Source: a virus (lineage: Duplodnaviria > Caudoviricetes). Taken from it: 64,000 nt of DNA. The stretch lies in IMG/VR virus record IMGVR_UViG_3300035501_001483. One strand, given 5' to 3'. Shown piece by piece: positions 9,510 through 20,033 of the stretch (position 1 is its first letter; each line of letters opens with the position of its first letter). A program made the translations under genes and the position numbers. The notes under the pieces are model-generated. The model was not told the origin of the DNA and ran no database searches. It saw only the letters and a program-made list of their open reading frames with translations.

Positions 9510-11276
9510 ATGGCAGTCATTATCAATGAAAACACAACACCCCAAGAAGAAAACACCGCTGGCTATGTAGCGGTTGCCAACGATAAGGGAGAGTTCCCTC
9601 TCACACCCGTTGGCGTTACTACCACTTATGATGCCGGCGTTACAGCCATTGCCGGCCCTGGCACCATTGCCGAGAACGGCCTGAGCCAAGATGCTGGCGA
9701 AACTACCACAGCATCCACTTCCGCTGAACCTGTCATTGTCCATACCAATGAAGAGGATAAAGGTGAAGCCAATGAAACCGAGGTCGAAACCGGAGAAACC
9801 TCCGACGGAGAAGAAGCAGTGGCCAGTGAAGAAACCGACGGCGAACTTTCAGAAACGTCGACGCTCTACGAAGAAGACGTCGCTGACTTCGAAGTCCTGA
9901 AGAAGCTGCCCTACATTGACCTCTACAGCAAGTGCTCTGAGGCCAAGCACAACATCGAAGACCTGAAGAGCAGCAAAGAGATGATGGACCAGATCGGCGA
10001 CCTGAGCGATGAGCAGTACGCTGCCAAAGTCGCTCAGATGGACGAGGCCCAGCGTCAGAAGTACGAAGGCAGCGTGAAAGACTTCTACGCGAAGTACCCC
10101 CGTATGATGACACAGGCCCGTCGCGTCAAGGCCCTTCTGGAGAAAATGGTGGCCATTTTCCCTCAGGAGTTGGTGGGCTCTACAGCCTTCATTTCTAAAT
10201 CTATGGTGGAATCTGCTACCATCAGATTGGAGAATTTGAAGAATGCCAACCCTGTTCCCATCAACCAGAAGATGCTGGTGAAGCGCATGGAAGAGACGAT
10301 GGCGGCTTACGCTGATCGTACCAACTTCGATGTGCTCTTCCACAAGCTGCGCTATCCCAACCAGACGCTGGAGATCTACAAGCAGTTCATCAAGGACGGC
10401 CCTGAAGAGTCCATGAAGTACATCGACAAGGTCTTCATGCCGGTCTTCAACGACAAGTACATGACCCGGTTTCGGAAGTCCTTCACCGAGCAGGTGATGC
10501 TGGCCAAGGAAGATCCCGAGAAGGTCAATAAGAACGTCATTGACGTCATGGTCTTCTTCATGACCTACTGGCTGGCCAAAACCTATGAGAAGGAGTACCA
10601 GAACGGCAAGTGCGCTGTCGCCAAGGTCTTCGTGATGAACATCTACGACATGGATCCTTCTTCCGGCATCTACGATCTGCCCGGCGGCAGTGAATACATG
10701 ATCAACGTCGGCTACACCATCTACATGATTCTGATGGTTTCCACCGGCGGTCAGTTCAGTGAGAAGCAGATGCACAAGAAGATCAATGCTATTATCGATG
10801 ATCTGCTGCGCATTCTGGAAGCTGCCAAGAAGGACTGCACGGAGCGCAATCCTGGCAAGAACCTGGACGAGATCAACACCGTTTTGGAGACTGTCTTCCC
10901 TGATGCCAACGTCGATAACCTGATCGAGCTGGACGAGCGCGGCGAAGAGTGTTCCGATGCCGACCCCAGCGTTGAGGCTACGCCTGAAGATGCTGAGAAC
11001 GGTGGCGAAGATGACGGCGAAGATGCGGAGCCTGAGGAAGGCGACGATGCTGAACCTGAAGAAGACGGCGAACCTGAGGACGACTCTGAAGATGGCGACG
11101 ATGCCGAACCTGAAGTTCGGGTACTCGAGAGCCGCAATGATCCCAATCGCCCGCCCATTGAGGACGACGAGACAGTACCTGCGAGTAATTTCGATGCTGC
11201 CAAGCCGGAGGATCCTGATACGATCCCCGATACGGTGCCTGATACTGAGCCGGCCCGCAGAAATATTGCCAATTAA
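9510..11276 (+). CDS. Hypothetical protein with acidic low-complexity termini
   Basis: 588-aa ORF; DAEPEE repeats near the C-terminus. Confidence 0.8.
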   Translation: MAVIINENTTPQEENTAGYVAVANDKGEFPLTPVGVTTTYDAGVTAIAGPGTIAENGLSQDAGETTTASTSAEPVIVHTNEEDKGEANETEVETGETSDGEEAVASEETDGELSETSTLYEEDVADFEVLKKLPYIDLYSKCSEAKHNIEDLKSSKEMMDQIGDLSDEQYAAKVAQMDEAQRQKYEGSVKDFYAKYPRMMTQARRVKALLEKMVAIFPQELVGSTAFISKSMVESATIRLENLKNANPVPINQKMLVKRMEETMAAYADRTNFDVLFHKLRYPNQTLEIYKQFIKDGPEESMKYIDKVFMPVFNDKYMTRFRKSFTEQVMLAKEDPEKVNKNVIDVMVFFMTYWLAKTYEKEYQNGKCAVAKVFVMNIYDMDPSSGIYDLPGGSEYMINVGYTIYMILMVSTGGQFSEKQMHKKINAIIDDLLRILEAAKKDCTERNPGKNLDEINTVLETVFPDANVDNLIELDERGEECSDADPSVEATPEDAENGGEDDGEDAEPEEGDDAEPEEDGEPEDDSEDGDDAEPEVRVLESRNDPNRPPIEDDETVPASNFDAAKPEDPDTIPDTVPDTEPARRNIAN

Positions 11277-11382
11277 GTCTGCTACAAGACCAGTATATCC
11301 GAGTGATATACTGGTCTTTCCTCCGCATATCATTAGGATGAAGCCAATTAGAAAGCTTAAATAAAAATCAAGGAGGATCATT

Positions 11383-11889
11383 ATGAAAATTGGAAACTTT
11401 CTCGTGATGAGCAGTTATTCCAGAACTGGTAGTAACGGCAAGAAGCCCACTTACAAAGCCATGCTGGATGATCAGGTCATCTACGACATTGGCACGACGG
11501 TACCGGCTATCGTCACCGGCCAGGGGTGCATCGGCATCGCCGTCCCCTATGAGGTTCATCTGAACCAGTATGGAACCGTTGTGTTCTTCACGCTGCTGGA
11601 TGCGGCTCTGGTGAGCGACAAGATGAAGGCTCATCTCTACAAGCTCTACAGCTATCAGTCTGGGGAGTTTGATGCTCGGCCCACCGCAGGACGATCTGAC
11701 CGTGATACCGCTCGGACTGGCATGGACGCCGCTACCCGCATGATGATGGGCGCTGCACGTGACCCTGAGGAGATTGCAGACGGCAGACGTATCAGAAGTG
11801 CTTTCCGTCGGGATGATGATGATGACACCACGAGCCTGGCGGAGATGATGCGACGCGCCAATCCTGGCGACCCATTCTTTGACGATTAA
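11383..11889 (+). CDS. Hypothetical protein
   Basis: aaggagg SD; ATATCAT motif upstream. Confidence 0.75.
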   Translation: MKIGNFLVMSSYSRTGSNGKKPTYKAMLDDQVIYDIGTTVPAIVTGQGCIGIAVPYEVHLNQYGTVVFFTLLDAALVSDKMKAHLYKLYSYQSGEFDARPTAGRSDRDTARTGMDAATRMMMGAARDPEEIADGRRIRSAFRRDDDDDTTSLAEMMRRANPGDPFFDD

Positions 11890-12056
11890 AAAGTATCAAA
11901 CGCCGCACTAAATTTTAATTATTCTCGCATATCATCTATGCGAGATTCCACAACGTAACTGAGAAACCATGAATGAAGCAACTCGCGACTGCAACAGACA
12001 TCGTAGCTTGGCTATGGAGTGGAGAAATTATTTCTTTCTAGAAAGGATGCATAACC

Positions 12057-12317
12057 ATGAAGAAGATCAACTTGACCAAGAAGGACATTGGACTGGCCGC
12101 AGGTCTGGCAGTTGTCGGCGCTGGCGTCGGCGTGGCTGTCAGCAAGCTGACCACCAAGAAAGAGGAAGTTGCCGCGGACGAAGCCTATGAGGGCGACTCC
12201 TGCACCGATCTGGACGAGGCCGCTGCCGGCATTGATGCCGAAGAGGGCTCCCAGCCGGACGCTTTCGTGCCTGGCGCCCCTGTGGAGCCGGACGAAGAGA
12301 AGTCCTTCCAGGTTTGA
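12057..12317 (+). CDS. Small membrane-anchored acidic protein
   Basis: SD, single TM segment, terminator follows. Confidence 0.7.
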   Translation: MKKINLTKKDIGLAAGLAVVGAGVGVAVSKLTTKKEEVAADEAYEGDSCTDLDEAAAGIDAEEGSQPDAFVPGAPVEPDEEKSFQV

Positions 12318-12433
12318 TCCTGCTCCAAAGAGAGGACTACCCACCATGGGTAGTCCTCTCTTTATTGGGATGGGCAGATGTGAAACTTTCTTTTTTTGAC
12401 ATTTGGATAAAGTATTGCAAAGGAGCATGAAGC

Positions 12434-12685
12434 ATGTTTCTGGACGAATTGAAAGCCGCAGTCGAAAGTGACACCTCTGACGTGGATAATGCCAGGAAGT
12501 TCGTATGGGAAGTGGGAAAGCTCGCCAAGAAGTTTGGAGTGAACTACTTCGTGGTTACCGATGGTGCTTCTGGCATTTCCAATAGAGGGAATCCCGCGGT
12601 CAAAGCTGCTCGCGATGCTCATATCCAATGGGAGAAAGAACATGGCGGCGATCCTGATGAAGATTGGGCGGACACGATGAAATAG
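12434..12685 (+). CDS. Putative internal head protein
   Basis: GACA-N6-TAA at 12398; N-terminal MFLDELKAAVE propeptide-like segment. Confidence 0.6.
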   Translation: MFLDELKAAVESDTSDVDNARKFVWEVGKLAKKFGVNYFVVTDGASGISNRGNPAVKAARDAHIQWEKEHGGDPDEDWADTMK

Positions 12686-12725
12686 CAAAAAAGAAGAGAA
12701 TCCAAGTGGATTCTCTTCTTTCTTC

Positions 12726-13202
12726 TCAGAAGTGCACGCCGCAGACAGGGCACACTTTCGCGGTCTCTTCGATGTACTGCCCGCAGTTAGGGCAATCGAC
12801 TACGTGGTGCTGTAAGCTGAGGACTACGACCTTGACATCGTGTCCTTCGGCGTCCTTGTCGGTCTTCACGGATACGCCAGTGATACCCATCCACTGGTCG
12901 TATTCGCTGTAGACTTCCATCGGGAGGTGGTCAGGGCCAGGAATCACGCGACCAATGGAGATATTGGCCATGCTCTTGATGTCGTACAGGGAGTTGCAGT
13001 GGAAGGTTTCCTTTGCCAGGGGAATAAGGTCATTGGCGCCGTTGGAGTAGACACCGAGGCCGCGCAGGTAGACGCACTCGACCTCAAGTGTCTCGCCGTC
13101 CTCGGTATATTCACCGACGACATAGGCGTCTACGTCAGCCCAGTTTTCGCCGAGCTTGGATTTGAGCTCATTCATGAGCTCTGTGAGTGTTAGCACGTGC
13201 AT
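12726..13202 (-). CDS. Hypothetical protein with C-terminal zinc ribbon
   Basis: CPNCG...CPVCG; early promoter upstream. Confidence 0.75.
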   Translation of the reverse strand: MHVLTLTELMNELKSKLGENWADVDAYVVGEYTEDGETLEVECVYLRGLGVYSNGANDLIPLAKETFHCNSLYDIKSMANISIGRVIPGPDHLPMEVYSEYDQWMGITGVSVKTDKDAEGHDVKVVVLSLQHHVVDCPNCGQYIEETAKVCPVCGVHF

Positions 13203-13240
13203 AATGCAATCTCCTCTCTATAATTTTCTCTCGTGCTTCT

Positions 13241-13280
13241 TCATAAGAATGATATGTCGGCCCAACTGGCGTAAATACGG
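13241..13280 (-). promoter_or_regulatory. Putative early promoter
   Basis: ccgtattt-N17-atatcattcttatga. Confidence 0.7.
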
Positions 13281-13332
13281 TAGAAATGAGGCCAAAAACA
13301 TCCCCATAAATTTAAGGAAGGAGGTTCTTCCT

Positions 13333-14091
13333 TTGAACGAGTTTATTCGTCAAGAAGATAAAATCTATCTGAATGTGCCCTATGCTGAGGCATATCTTCC
13401 CAAGAAGCTCTTTGATGACCCCGATGATACCGAGACGGCATCTACCATTGCTACCCAATATGGCGATGGCTTCAAGATTGTGGGCATCTTCAACATCCGC
13501 TTCTTCGATTCGGATGATGCTCCTCGGGAATCTACTCCGCTGCGCACCTTCAACTATCCCAATATGATTATGACCTATCCGACCGATTTCACGGTCAAGA
13601 CGCTGATGCTGACGCCCACTCAAGAAGAGCCGGAACCCTACATGATTCTGCGCTACTACATGGGCGATGTCATCATGAACGCTGAAGAGGTGCAATCGGC
13701 TGGTAACTGCGCCAAACTGCTCAACATGATCACCAAGGGGAAGATCCCGAGCACCATTCCCTATGATCGATTTGTGGAGATTTGGCATGCCAACTTCGAC
13801 ATCAATAACTTCAATCCGCAGGTTCCTTCTGTGGTCATGCAAATGATCTGGGCTGAGATGTGCAGATGTCCCGAAGACATCACCAAGCCCTATCGTCTGA
13901 AATGGGGCCAAGGCAATGCCGATCCCAACGGCTACACTGAGACCAATATGAATAACGTTGCTGCCGCAACCTCCGTCTTCTCTGCTCTGGCATTTGAACG
14001 TGTGAAAGAGAAGTTGGCTTCCTCTATCAACATGAGCAAGACCGGTGTGGAGCAGCGGCGTTCTCCTGTGGAAGAAGTGCTTACCATGTAA
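13333..14091 (+). CDS. Probable small RNA polymerase beta' C-terminal fragment (virion RNAP?)
   Basis: TTG start after aaggagg; C-terminus (MQMIWAEMCR...TSVFSALAFE...SPVEEVL) resembles the end of beta'; late promoter at 13297. Confidence 0.5.
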   Translation: MNEFIRQEDKIYLNVPYAEAYLPKKLFDDPDDTETASTIATQYGDGFKIVGIFNIRFFDSDDAPRESTPLRTFNYPNMIMTYPTDFTVKTLMLTPTQEEPEPYMILRYYMGDVIMNAEEVQSAGNCAKLLNMITKGKIPSTIPYDRFVEIWHANFDINNFNPQVPSVVMQMIWAEMCRCPEDITKPYRLKWGQGNADPNGYTETNMNNVAAATSVFSALAFERVKEKLASSINMSKTGVEQRRSPVEEVLTM

Positions 14092-14130
14092 ACCAGCGTT
14101 GCATTCATTTATATTGAAAGGGTGATCATC

Positions 14131-14538
14131 ATGGCAGATTTTGCAGATAGCAGACTGCAAGTATTACGGGAAATTAACGATACCACAAAGACGGTGAGAG
14201 CTGGCTATAAAGCCAAGCATTACGTCCAATGCTCCAACGCCTTGATGAAAGGTATCGACCTGATGACAGACCTTTTGCATCACGCTGAACTGTACCCTGA
14301 TGATATTGACCAGATGAAGAAGTTGGCTCATGGCTTTAAGAAGCTGGAGTTCCCCACGATGAGCGGAGACTACATCATCTCCTCTAGTCAGTACATCAGT
14401 TATCCCAACACGGAGAATTTCGCAAGCCTTTGCTTCTATATGTATCAGAGTGGGTCCCTCTACAAAGAGTACGCCCATCAGCTGCTGCGCATCGTTGGCA
14501 AGAAGGCTGCGGAGCATCCCTACGTTCGTAAGAAGTGA
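14131..14538 (+). CDS. Hypothetical protein
   Basis: ORF with SD. Confidence 0.7.
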   Translation: MADFADSRLQVLREINDTTKTVRAGYKAKHYVQCSNALMKGIDLMTDLLHHAELYPDDIDQMKKLAHGFKKLEFPTMSGDYIISSSQYISYPNTENFASLCFYMYQSGSLYKEYAHQLLRIVGKKAAEHPYVRKK

Positions 14539-14641
14539 ATTTATGACGGCTATCTCTCGTAGATAGCCGTCATTTCCTGTCAAAATTCGTTTTTTTTTTC
14601 CGACATTTTCGTAATTCCCCAATACAGGAGGCTCGCTTACA

Positions 14642-15427
14642 ATGGACCAATTCCAATACATGAATGGTGCCGCAGAATCTCTGCTGAGTATCAACGGCAA
14701 GAAGTCCAAGACCGTATATGAGGCCACAGTCTTTGATAAGAGCAAAGGCATGCCCTCATTCAACGAGTACACCCGTTACCTGTACACCAATCCCGAGGAT
14801 GCGCTGATGAAGGAGCTCAACGTCCTGAATACCAGTTCCTCCGAGGATGTAAGCAAATCCAAGAAGATCCAGCTGAGCCCCGCCAAGTCCAAGAACGCTG
14901 CCAATATTTCCATTGTGATTTATCAGGTGGACGTGGAAGGCTACAAGCAGGGCCGCTTCCATCGCAATGAAATCGAAAAGGACGATGACGGCAAGTTCAG
15001 CAATGCTAAGGTCTACAAGACCTACACGCTGGAAGAAGCCGCCTCCAAGTTCGGCATCACTGTCGAGGCGAAGGCCATGGATGCCAAGGAACGTCGTGCC
15101 GTTCTGACTGCCGTCCGCAAGGCCATTACCGACGCCGTCAAGGGCTGCTCCTGGTGCGATACTCGCATCGACGCCAGCGACCGTGACGACTTCATCAACG
15201 GCGATGAAGATGAGCTCAGCATCGTGTCCTTTGATATCTTCAAGCCCAATGAGAAGAATATCCCCAAGGAAGATGGCGACCGGCGTCTGGAAGAGATGAA
15301 TCAGGCCATGATTGCTGGCGTGAAAGCTGGTCGTGATGCAATTCCGGCGGCTCTCAAGAGCAAGTACAAAATCGATACCGATGGCGATAAGACCGACGGC
15401 GTCATCTATATCCAGGCCAAGGGCTGA
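14642..15427 (+). CDS. Putative internal head protein
   Basis: GACA-N6-TAA at 14602; MDQFQYMNGAAE propeptide-like segment. Confidence 0.65.
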   Translation: MDQFQYMNGAAESLLSINGKKSKTVYEATVFDKSKGMPSFNEYTRYLYTNPEDALMKELNVLNTSSSEDVSKSKKIQLSPAKSKNAANISIVIYQVDVEGYKQGRFHRNEIEKDDDGKFSNAKVYKTYTLEEAASKFGITVEAKAMDAKERRAVLTAVRKAITDAVKGCSWCDTRIDASDRDDFINGDEDELSIVSFDIFKPNEKNIPKEDGDRRLEEMNQAMIAGVKAGRDAIPAALKSKYKIDTDGDKTDGVIYIQAKG

Positions 15428-15676
15428 TAGCAAATTACGCCAGCACTTACACCGAATTAACGATGGACGCATCGTGGCTAGCTCCCTGCATGTAGCTAGC
15501 ATGCTTGGTATGCAGGTTCACACGCACGCTGAACTATGGTCTGGCTGCCATAAATGACCGTGCCGGCAGGGGACTGCATGAATGGCACGGCGGGCGACGC
15601 TTTTCTTTCCTCCATAATCTCCTGTGTACCAGCAAAAAAGAAGACTACCAGAAATGGTAGTCTTCTTTTCAACTCC

Positions 15677-16891
15677 TCACGGAGCGTAGGTGTAGGTGCC
15701 AGAGGCATTCTCGGCGCCAGTACCACCTTCATCGTCCACAATCAGACTATACTGGCCATTTTCATTTAAAAACGTCAGGGACATTTGCTCGGTATCGCAC
15801 TGAAATTCGATCCACTCGGCGCCACTATTCCAGATATAGCCATAAGCGTCATAGTTCTCCACGGCCCCGCCATTGCCTCTAATGTAATGGAACTGATATT
15901 CGCCATCAGAGCCATTCGGATAAACAGGATAGAATACGAATCCATTGCCATCATCAGAGACATACGACTCACCATACTTGATGAGGGACTCGAAGGCAGC
16001 CATCGACTCGTCGTATACTTCAGAGACATCGGAAGTTTCATCATCGGGGTAATCAGGAGAATACGTTGTAGTACCAGGCGCTGCGAAGAAGTAGGTGTCT
16101 CCACTGTCCGTATAGGTGTAATCTCCGCCGCCATAAATCGTCCGGAATATACCATCGATAACGGCGAGATCCAACGCATTATTGGCACTGAAGGTGATGC
16201 CTGCAAAGTTCATCGTGATGCTATCAGCATTGATTTGCGTATAGTTCTTGGAGAGATTTTCGATGCTGAACCCAATGATGAAAGGTGAGGTGGTGTAACT
16301 TCCATCAGACGCGCTCACGATGTCGATTTCACCTTCCCATGTGACATCACAGCTACCAGCTTTCTTCAACCCATAAAGCGTGGATTCGCTGAATTCCCAC
16401 TCGCCGTTAGGGTCGAAGCGATAGAGAGTGTCGTAAAGACTCATGTCGCTGGAATAGGAAGACAGCTTGTAGCCCTTCACGACATCTTCCATGGACGTGG
16501 TAGCCGCACCATTGGTGAAATAGTGTGCTGCCAGTAAGCATGCCGTAACAAGAATGGCCAGGATTATCATGAACCTGGCAAATAGACGGTATGCATTCTT
16601 GACGTGCCGGATTCCGCCCTTGATGCCAATCTCTTCAGCGAGGTCATTGATGGGCGCGGGGTCGCCCTCAATCTGGATGATATTGCCCAAGCTCAGCATG
16701 CTGTTGAGATCTTCGATGAAGATCTGGTAATCGCCGATGCTCTTTTTGATGATCGGCTTCAGCACGTCGATAGCATTATCGCCCATGCAGGAATACTTGC
16801 CGGACCATCCGGACTTGTGAACTGTGAAGCTAAATTGATCGACGTCGATTGACCAGCCAGGGAACTCCATTCTGTTATTTGCTTTACTCAT
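15677..16891 (-). CDS. Membrane-anchored protein with acidic extracytoplasmic domain
   Basis: Single TM near aa 105-125; early promoter at 16937-16976. Confidence 0.75.
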   Translation of the reverse strand: MSKANNRMEFPGWSIDVDQFSFTVHKSGWSGKYSCMGDNAIDVLKPIIKKSIGDYQIFIEDLNSMLSLGNIIQIEGDPAPINDLAEEIGIKGGIRHVKNAYRLFARFMIILAILVTACLLAAHYFTNGAATTSMEDVVKGYKLSSYSSDMSLYDTLYRFDPNGEWEFSESTLYGLKKAGSCDVTWEGEIDIVSASDGSYTTSPFIIGFSIENLSKNYTQINADSITMNFAGITFSANNALDLAVIDGIFRTIYGGGDYTYTDSGDTYFFAAPGTTTYSPDYPDDETSDVSEVYDESMAAFESLIKYGESYVSDDGNGFVFYPVYPNGSDGEYQFHYIRGNGGAVENYDAYGYIWNSGAEWIEFQCDTEQMSLTFLNENGQYSLIVDDEGGTGAENASGTYTYAP

Positions 16892-16936
16892 GATAAATAC
16901 CTCCTTTATTTCTTTGGGCCTAATTTCTTTCTTGGC

Positions 16937-16976
16937 TCATAAAAATGATATCTCGATTAAACTGCGGCAAATACTG
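16937..16976 (-). promoter_or_regulatory. Putative early promoter
   Basis: cagtattt-N17-atatcatttttatga. Confidence 0.7.
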
Positions 16977-17077
16977 GGACATTGCCCTTACCTCCATTAA
17001 CAATCAGCTAACCACTGTAAAGATCCAAAGTTCGGTAATTTCCCGATCTCTATTACCGATAAAGGAGGTTAATCATA

Positions 17078-20014
17078 ATGCCTAGCACGACACAGATTGT
17101 GCCCGAGCACGACTATGCTCATGTGATGACAGTTGTTAATGATAACAGCGCCCGACCCACGGACAGTCTGGGATCTGCGACAACTACCTACTGCAACATG
17201 ATGTTCGTGTTCAGTTCTCCGAAGGGCATCGATCGTGAGCTGCAGACTGTCAGCGGCGGCATGAGCGCCTTCATTGAGAAGTACGGCACGGGCTCATTTG
17301 ATGCCTATGGTCAGCCGTACCTCAATGCATATGCTGCTGCTAGCACCAACGCAGCCACGCTGCACTGCCTGCGTGTGACGGCCGATGACGCTACCTATGC
17401 GGTAGGCGCACTGGTTGCCCACTATAAAGCAACACCCGGCTCTCCCTCTGTGACGCCGGAGCCTGTTTCCTCCGACCTGATCGACACCATGGACCACGAC
17501 GGCGTCATTGCAAGTGACGAAGTTGATGAGCAGACTGGTGCCGTCACCATTACCGTGGCGGGAACGGATATTGAGGCGGGCATCTCCGATGAAAACGCGG
17601 ACCTGTTCGGCGAAAACGCTCCCAGCGAGGTCATCGACCTGACCCTCAATCTGGCTAAGATTGCGGCTCTGGAAGATGATAAGACCTATCAGGTCACCCA
17701 GATCAACCCCGCTCTGGAAGCCTACGTTGGCAAGGATGAGTTCATCTCTGAAATTGACGGCGTCTTCCAGAAGGTGAAGACCTACACCGGTGCTGCCCTG
17801 AAAGAGGGTTACGCCATTATCGTGGGCGCCCAGACCACCGTCAAGCTGACGATCGTGGAGTGGGGCGCTCTGGATCCCGTGGTTGTGGTTGTTAACAACA
17901 CCGACCTGGGCATCACTCTGTCCGACAGCCAGGCCGCCGTTGAGGTGGAAGGCGTCGGCAGCAATTACACTGTCACGTTGAGCGGTGACGCCGTTCCCGG
18001 CGTGATCCATGCTGACCTGTGGGGTGCCATCTCTGGCAACCATGTGGAAGCTGACGTGATCTTCCCCAACCTGGATGCTGACAAGCAGTATCGGGTGATT
18101 CAGACCAATGCCAACTTGGAAATCTACAGCGCCGACCCTGACATCTCTCAGGTGGATGGCGAATGGAAGAAGACCAAGGAGTACAGCGGTGCTGATATTG
18201 CCGACGGCTATGCTGTCCTGGTGGGCGATGGCAAGGGCGACATTGAGCTGAAGGTCTTTGAGGCCGATGGCTTCGTGTCCGAAGCGGACAGCGTGCCTGT
18301 CTGCGATGTGACCATCGTCAACATGTACACGTTTGTGAGCCAGCATGACGAGGTTGAGACCACCGGCGCCATTGGCGATCCCATTGAGGTGACCGTCAAC
18401 GCTGCTGTTTCTTACACCACTACCAGCGCGAAGAGCACCATTCTGCGGGCCACTGCTCGTACCAATAGCGTTCTGCGCAGCATCACTCCCGATGCAGAGG
18501 AAGGTGTACCTGGCCAGATGGACGTGTACTACACGTTCGAGAGCGCTACGGGCGTCACCGATACCACTGCTCTGGGCAGCCTGGTGGATGTGGACGGCGG
18601 CCCCGATGCCGATGGCTACTATTCCACCAAGATCTTCGAGATTGCGGCACGTGGCCGTGGTTCTTGGGGTAACAACATCCGGTTCGTCCTGAACAGCTAT
18701 GCTCGTGGCGACCGGCTGTCTGACTACAAGCACTACACGCTGTCCATCTACGAGATTGACAATGCAACGATGACCAAGAAAGAGGAGTTCACGGTGGCCT
18801 TCAATCGCGACGCTGTTGACAGCGAGGGCAACACCAAGTTCGCCGATTACATCATTGGCGATCCCTATGATTCCTCTGCGTACATCAGCATTTCCTCCAA
18901 CTCTAACGCCATCACTGAGATGTTTGCGGCATACGTGAACGTGTTCCCTGACACCTCTCTGACTGAGAAGACCTTCGACCCCATTTGCGGCATGATGTTT
19001 GGCACCAGCCTGACTTATGTGGAAGGTCTGAATATTGACACAACTTCCAACGGCACCGTCTCCGTGTCTGGTGCTTCTGGCATCTCTCTGGAGAACGGCA
19101 GCGACGGCGCTTTCGATATTGCCAATCCCGACCGGCAGGCCGCGTTGAACGACGCTTACCTGAAGGCCTTCTCTGGTGAGATCGACCGCAACGTCCGTTC
19201 TCGGAAGCTGTTCCCCACCGATCTGATTCTGGACGCCAACTACAGCGTCGAGACTAAGATCGCCATTCACGAGCTGGTCACCGAGCGTCAGGACTGCATG
19301 GCAGCCTATGATCTGGGCCTGAACCTGAACACCTTCGCTTCCGTCATGGAAGAGCTGGCCGATGTGGAATCCTACATCTTCTCTCGTTCGGAGATGATCG
19401 AGGGTTACCGCGGCAAGATTCAGGATCCGACGACCTTCAAGATCGTGGATGTTACCTCTACCTATGCCCTCGCCCTGATGTATCCTCGTCACTTCCAGCA
19501 GAACGGCGACAAGCATGTGCCTCTGGCTGGCAGCTCCTATGGTGTCCTGTCTGGCTTTATCTCTGGTACGGCTTACCCCGTCTTCGATGACGATCTGGAC
19601 CAGACCTACCTGGATGAGCTCACTTCTTCCCACGTCAACTTCCTGAAGGTGAATACCAAGAAGCAGGTTGTGCGTGGCGCCCAGAGCACTCGTCAGGATG
19701 CGGACACCAACCTCTCCGAGGCCAATAACGTCTTCGTGCTGAACGATATCCGTCGGGATTGCGTCCAGCTCTGCGAGCAGTATGAGTTCAACTTCTCCGA
19801 GGCCTCCGATCTCCAGCGCTTTAACAAGGCTGCCAAGATCCTGGCTGAGAAGTATCAGGACGCTCAGGTCTCCTCCATCTCTGCTGAGTTCAGCATGAAC
19901 GATTGGGAGTCCGAGCGCGGCATTCTGCACCTGTACGTCGAATTCGTCCACAAGAACATCATCAAGCGTGCTATCGTTGAGATTGATGTGAATCGTGGCA
20001 CGGTCGTCGCGTAA
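17078..20014 (+). CDS. Contractile tail sheath protein with two inserted repeats
   Basis: Sheath-like motifs (CLRVTADDA, ARGRGSWGN, LENGSDG, C-terminal IVEIDVN); adjacent to the tube gene; AACA-N6-TAA at 16999. Confidence 0.85.
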   Translation: MPSTTQIVPEHDYAHVMTVVNDNSARPTDSLGSATTTYCNMMFVFSSPKGIDRELQTVSGGMSAFIEKYGTGSFDAYGQPYLNAYAAASTNAATLHCLRVTADDATYAVGALVAHYKATPGSPSVTPEPVSSDLIDTMDHDGVIASDEVDEQTGAVTITVAGTDIEAGISDENADLFGENAPSEVIDLTLNLAKIAALEDDKTYQVTQINPALEAYVGKDEFISEIDGVFQKVKTYTGAALKEGYAIIVGAQTTVKLTIVEWGALDPVVVVVNNTDLGITLSDSQAAVEVEGVGSNYTVTLSGDAVPGVIHADLWGAISGNHVEADVIFPNLDADKQYRVIQTNANLEIYSADPDISQVDGEWKKTKEYSGADIADGYAVLVGDGKGDIELKVFEADGFVSEADSVPVCDVTIVNMYTFVSQHDEVETTGAIGDPIEVTVNAAVSYTTTSAKSTILRATARTNSVLRSITPDAEEGVPGQMDVYYTFESATGVTDTTALGSLVDVDGGPDADGYYSTKIFEIAARGRGSWGNNIRFVLNSYARGDRLSDYKHYTLSIYEIDNATMTKKEEFTVAFNRDAVDSEGNTKFADYIIGDPYDSSAYISISSNSNAITEMFAAYVNVFPDTSLTEKTFDPICGMMFGTSLTYVEGLNIDTTSNGTVSVSGASGISLENGSDGAFDIANPDRQAALNDAYLKAFSGEIDRNVRSRKLFPTDLILDANYSVETKIAIHELVTERQDCMAAYDLGLNLNTFASVMEELADVESYIFSRSEMIEGYRGKIQDPTTFKIVDVTSTYALALMYPRHFQQNGDKHVPLAGSSYGVLSGFISGTAYPVFDDDLDQTYLDELTSSHVNFLKVNTKKQVVRGAQSTRQDADTNLSEANNVFVLNDIRRDCVQLCEQYEFNFSEASDLQRFNKAAKILAEKYQDAQVSSISAEFSMNDWESERGILHLYVEFVHKNIIKRAIVEIDVNRGTVVA

Positions 20015-20033
20015 GAAAGGAGGTAACTGAACT

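Noticed and set aside
11005-11115. Short tandem repeats as a CRISPR array
   Set aside because: In-frame coding repeats (DAEPEE); no constant repeat with unique spacers anywhere in the window.
9849-11381. Long antisense ORFs (also 17294-19951, 48662-49999, 33529-34533)
   Set aside because: Shadow frames caused by strong codon bias on the true coding strand; no SD or motifs.
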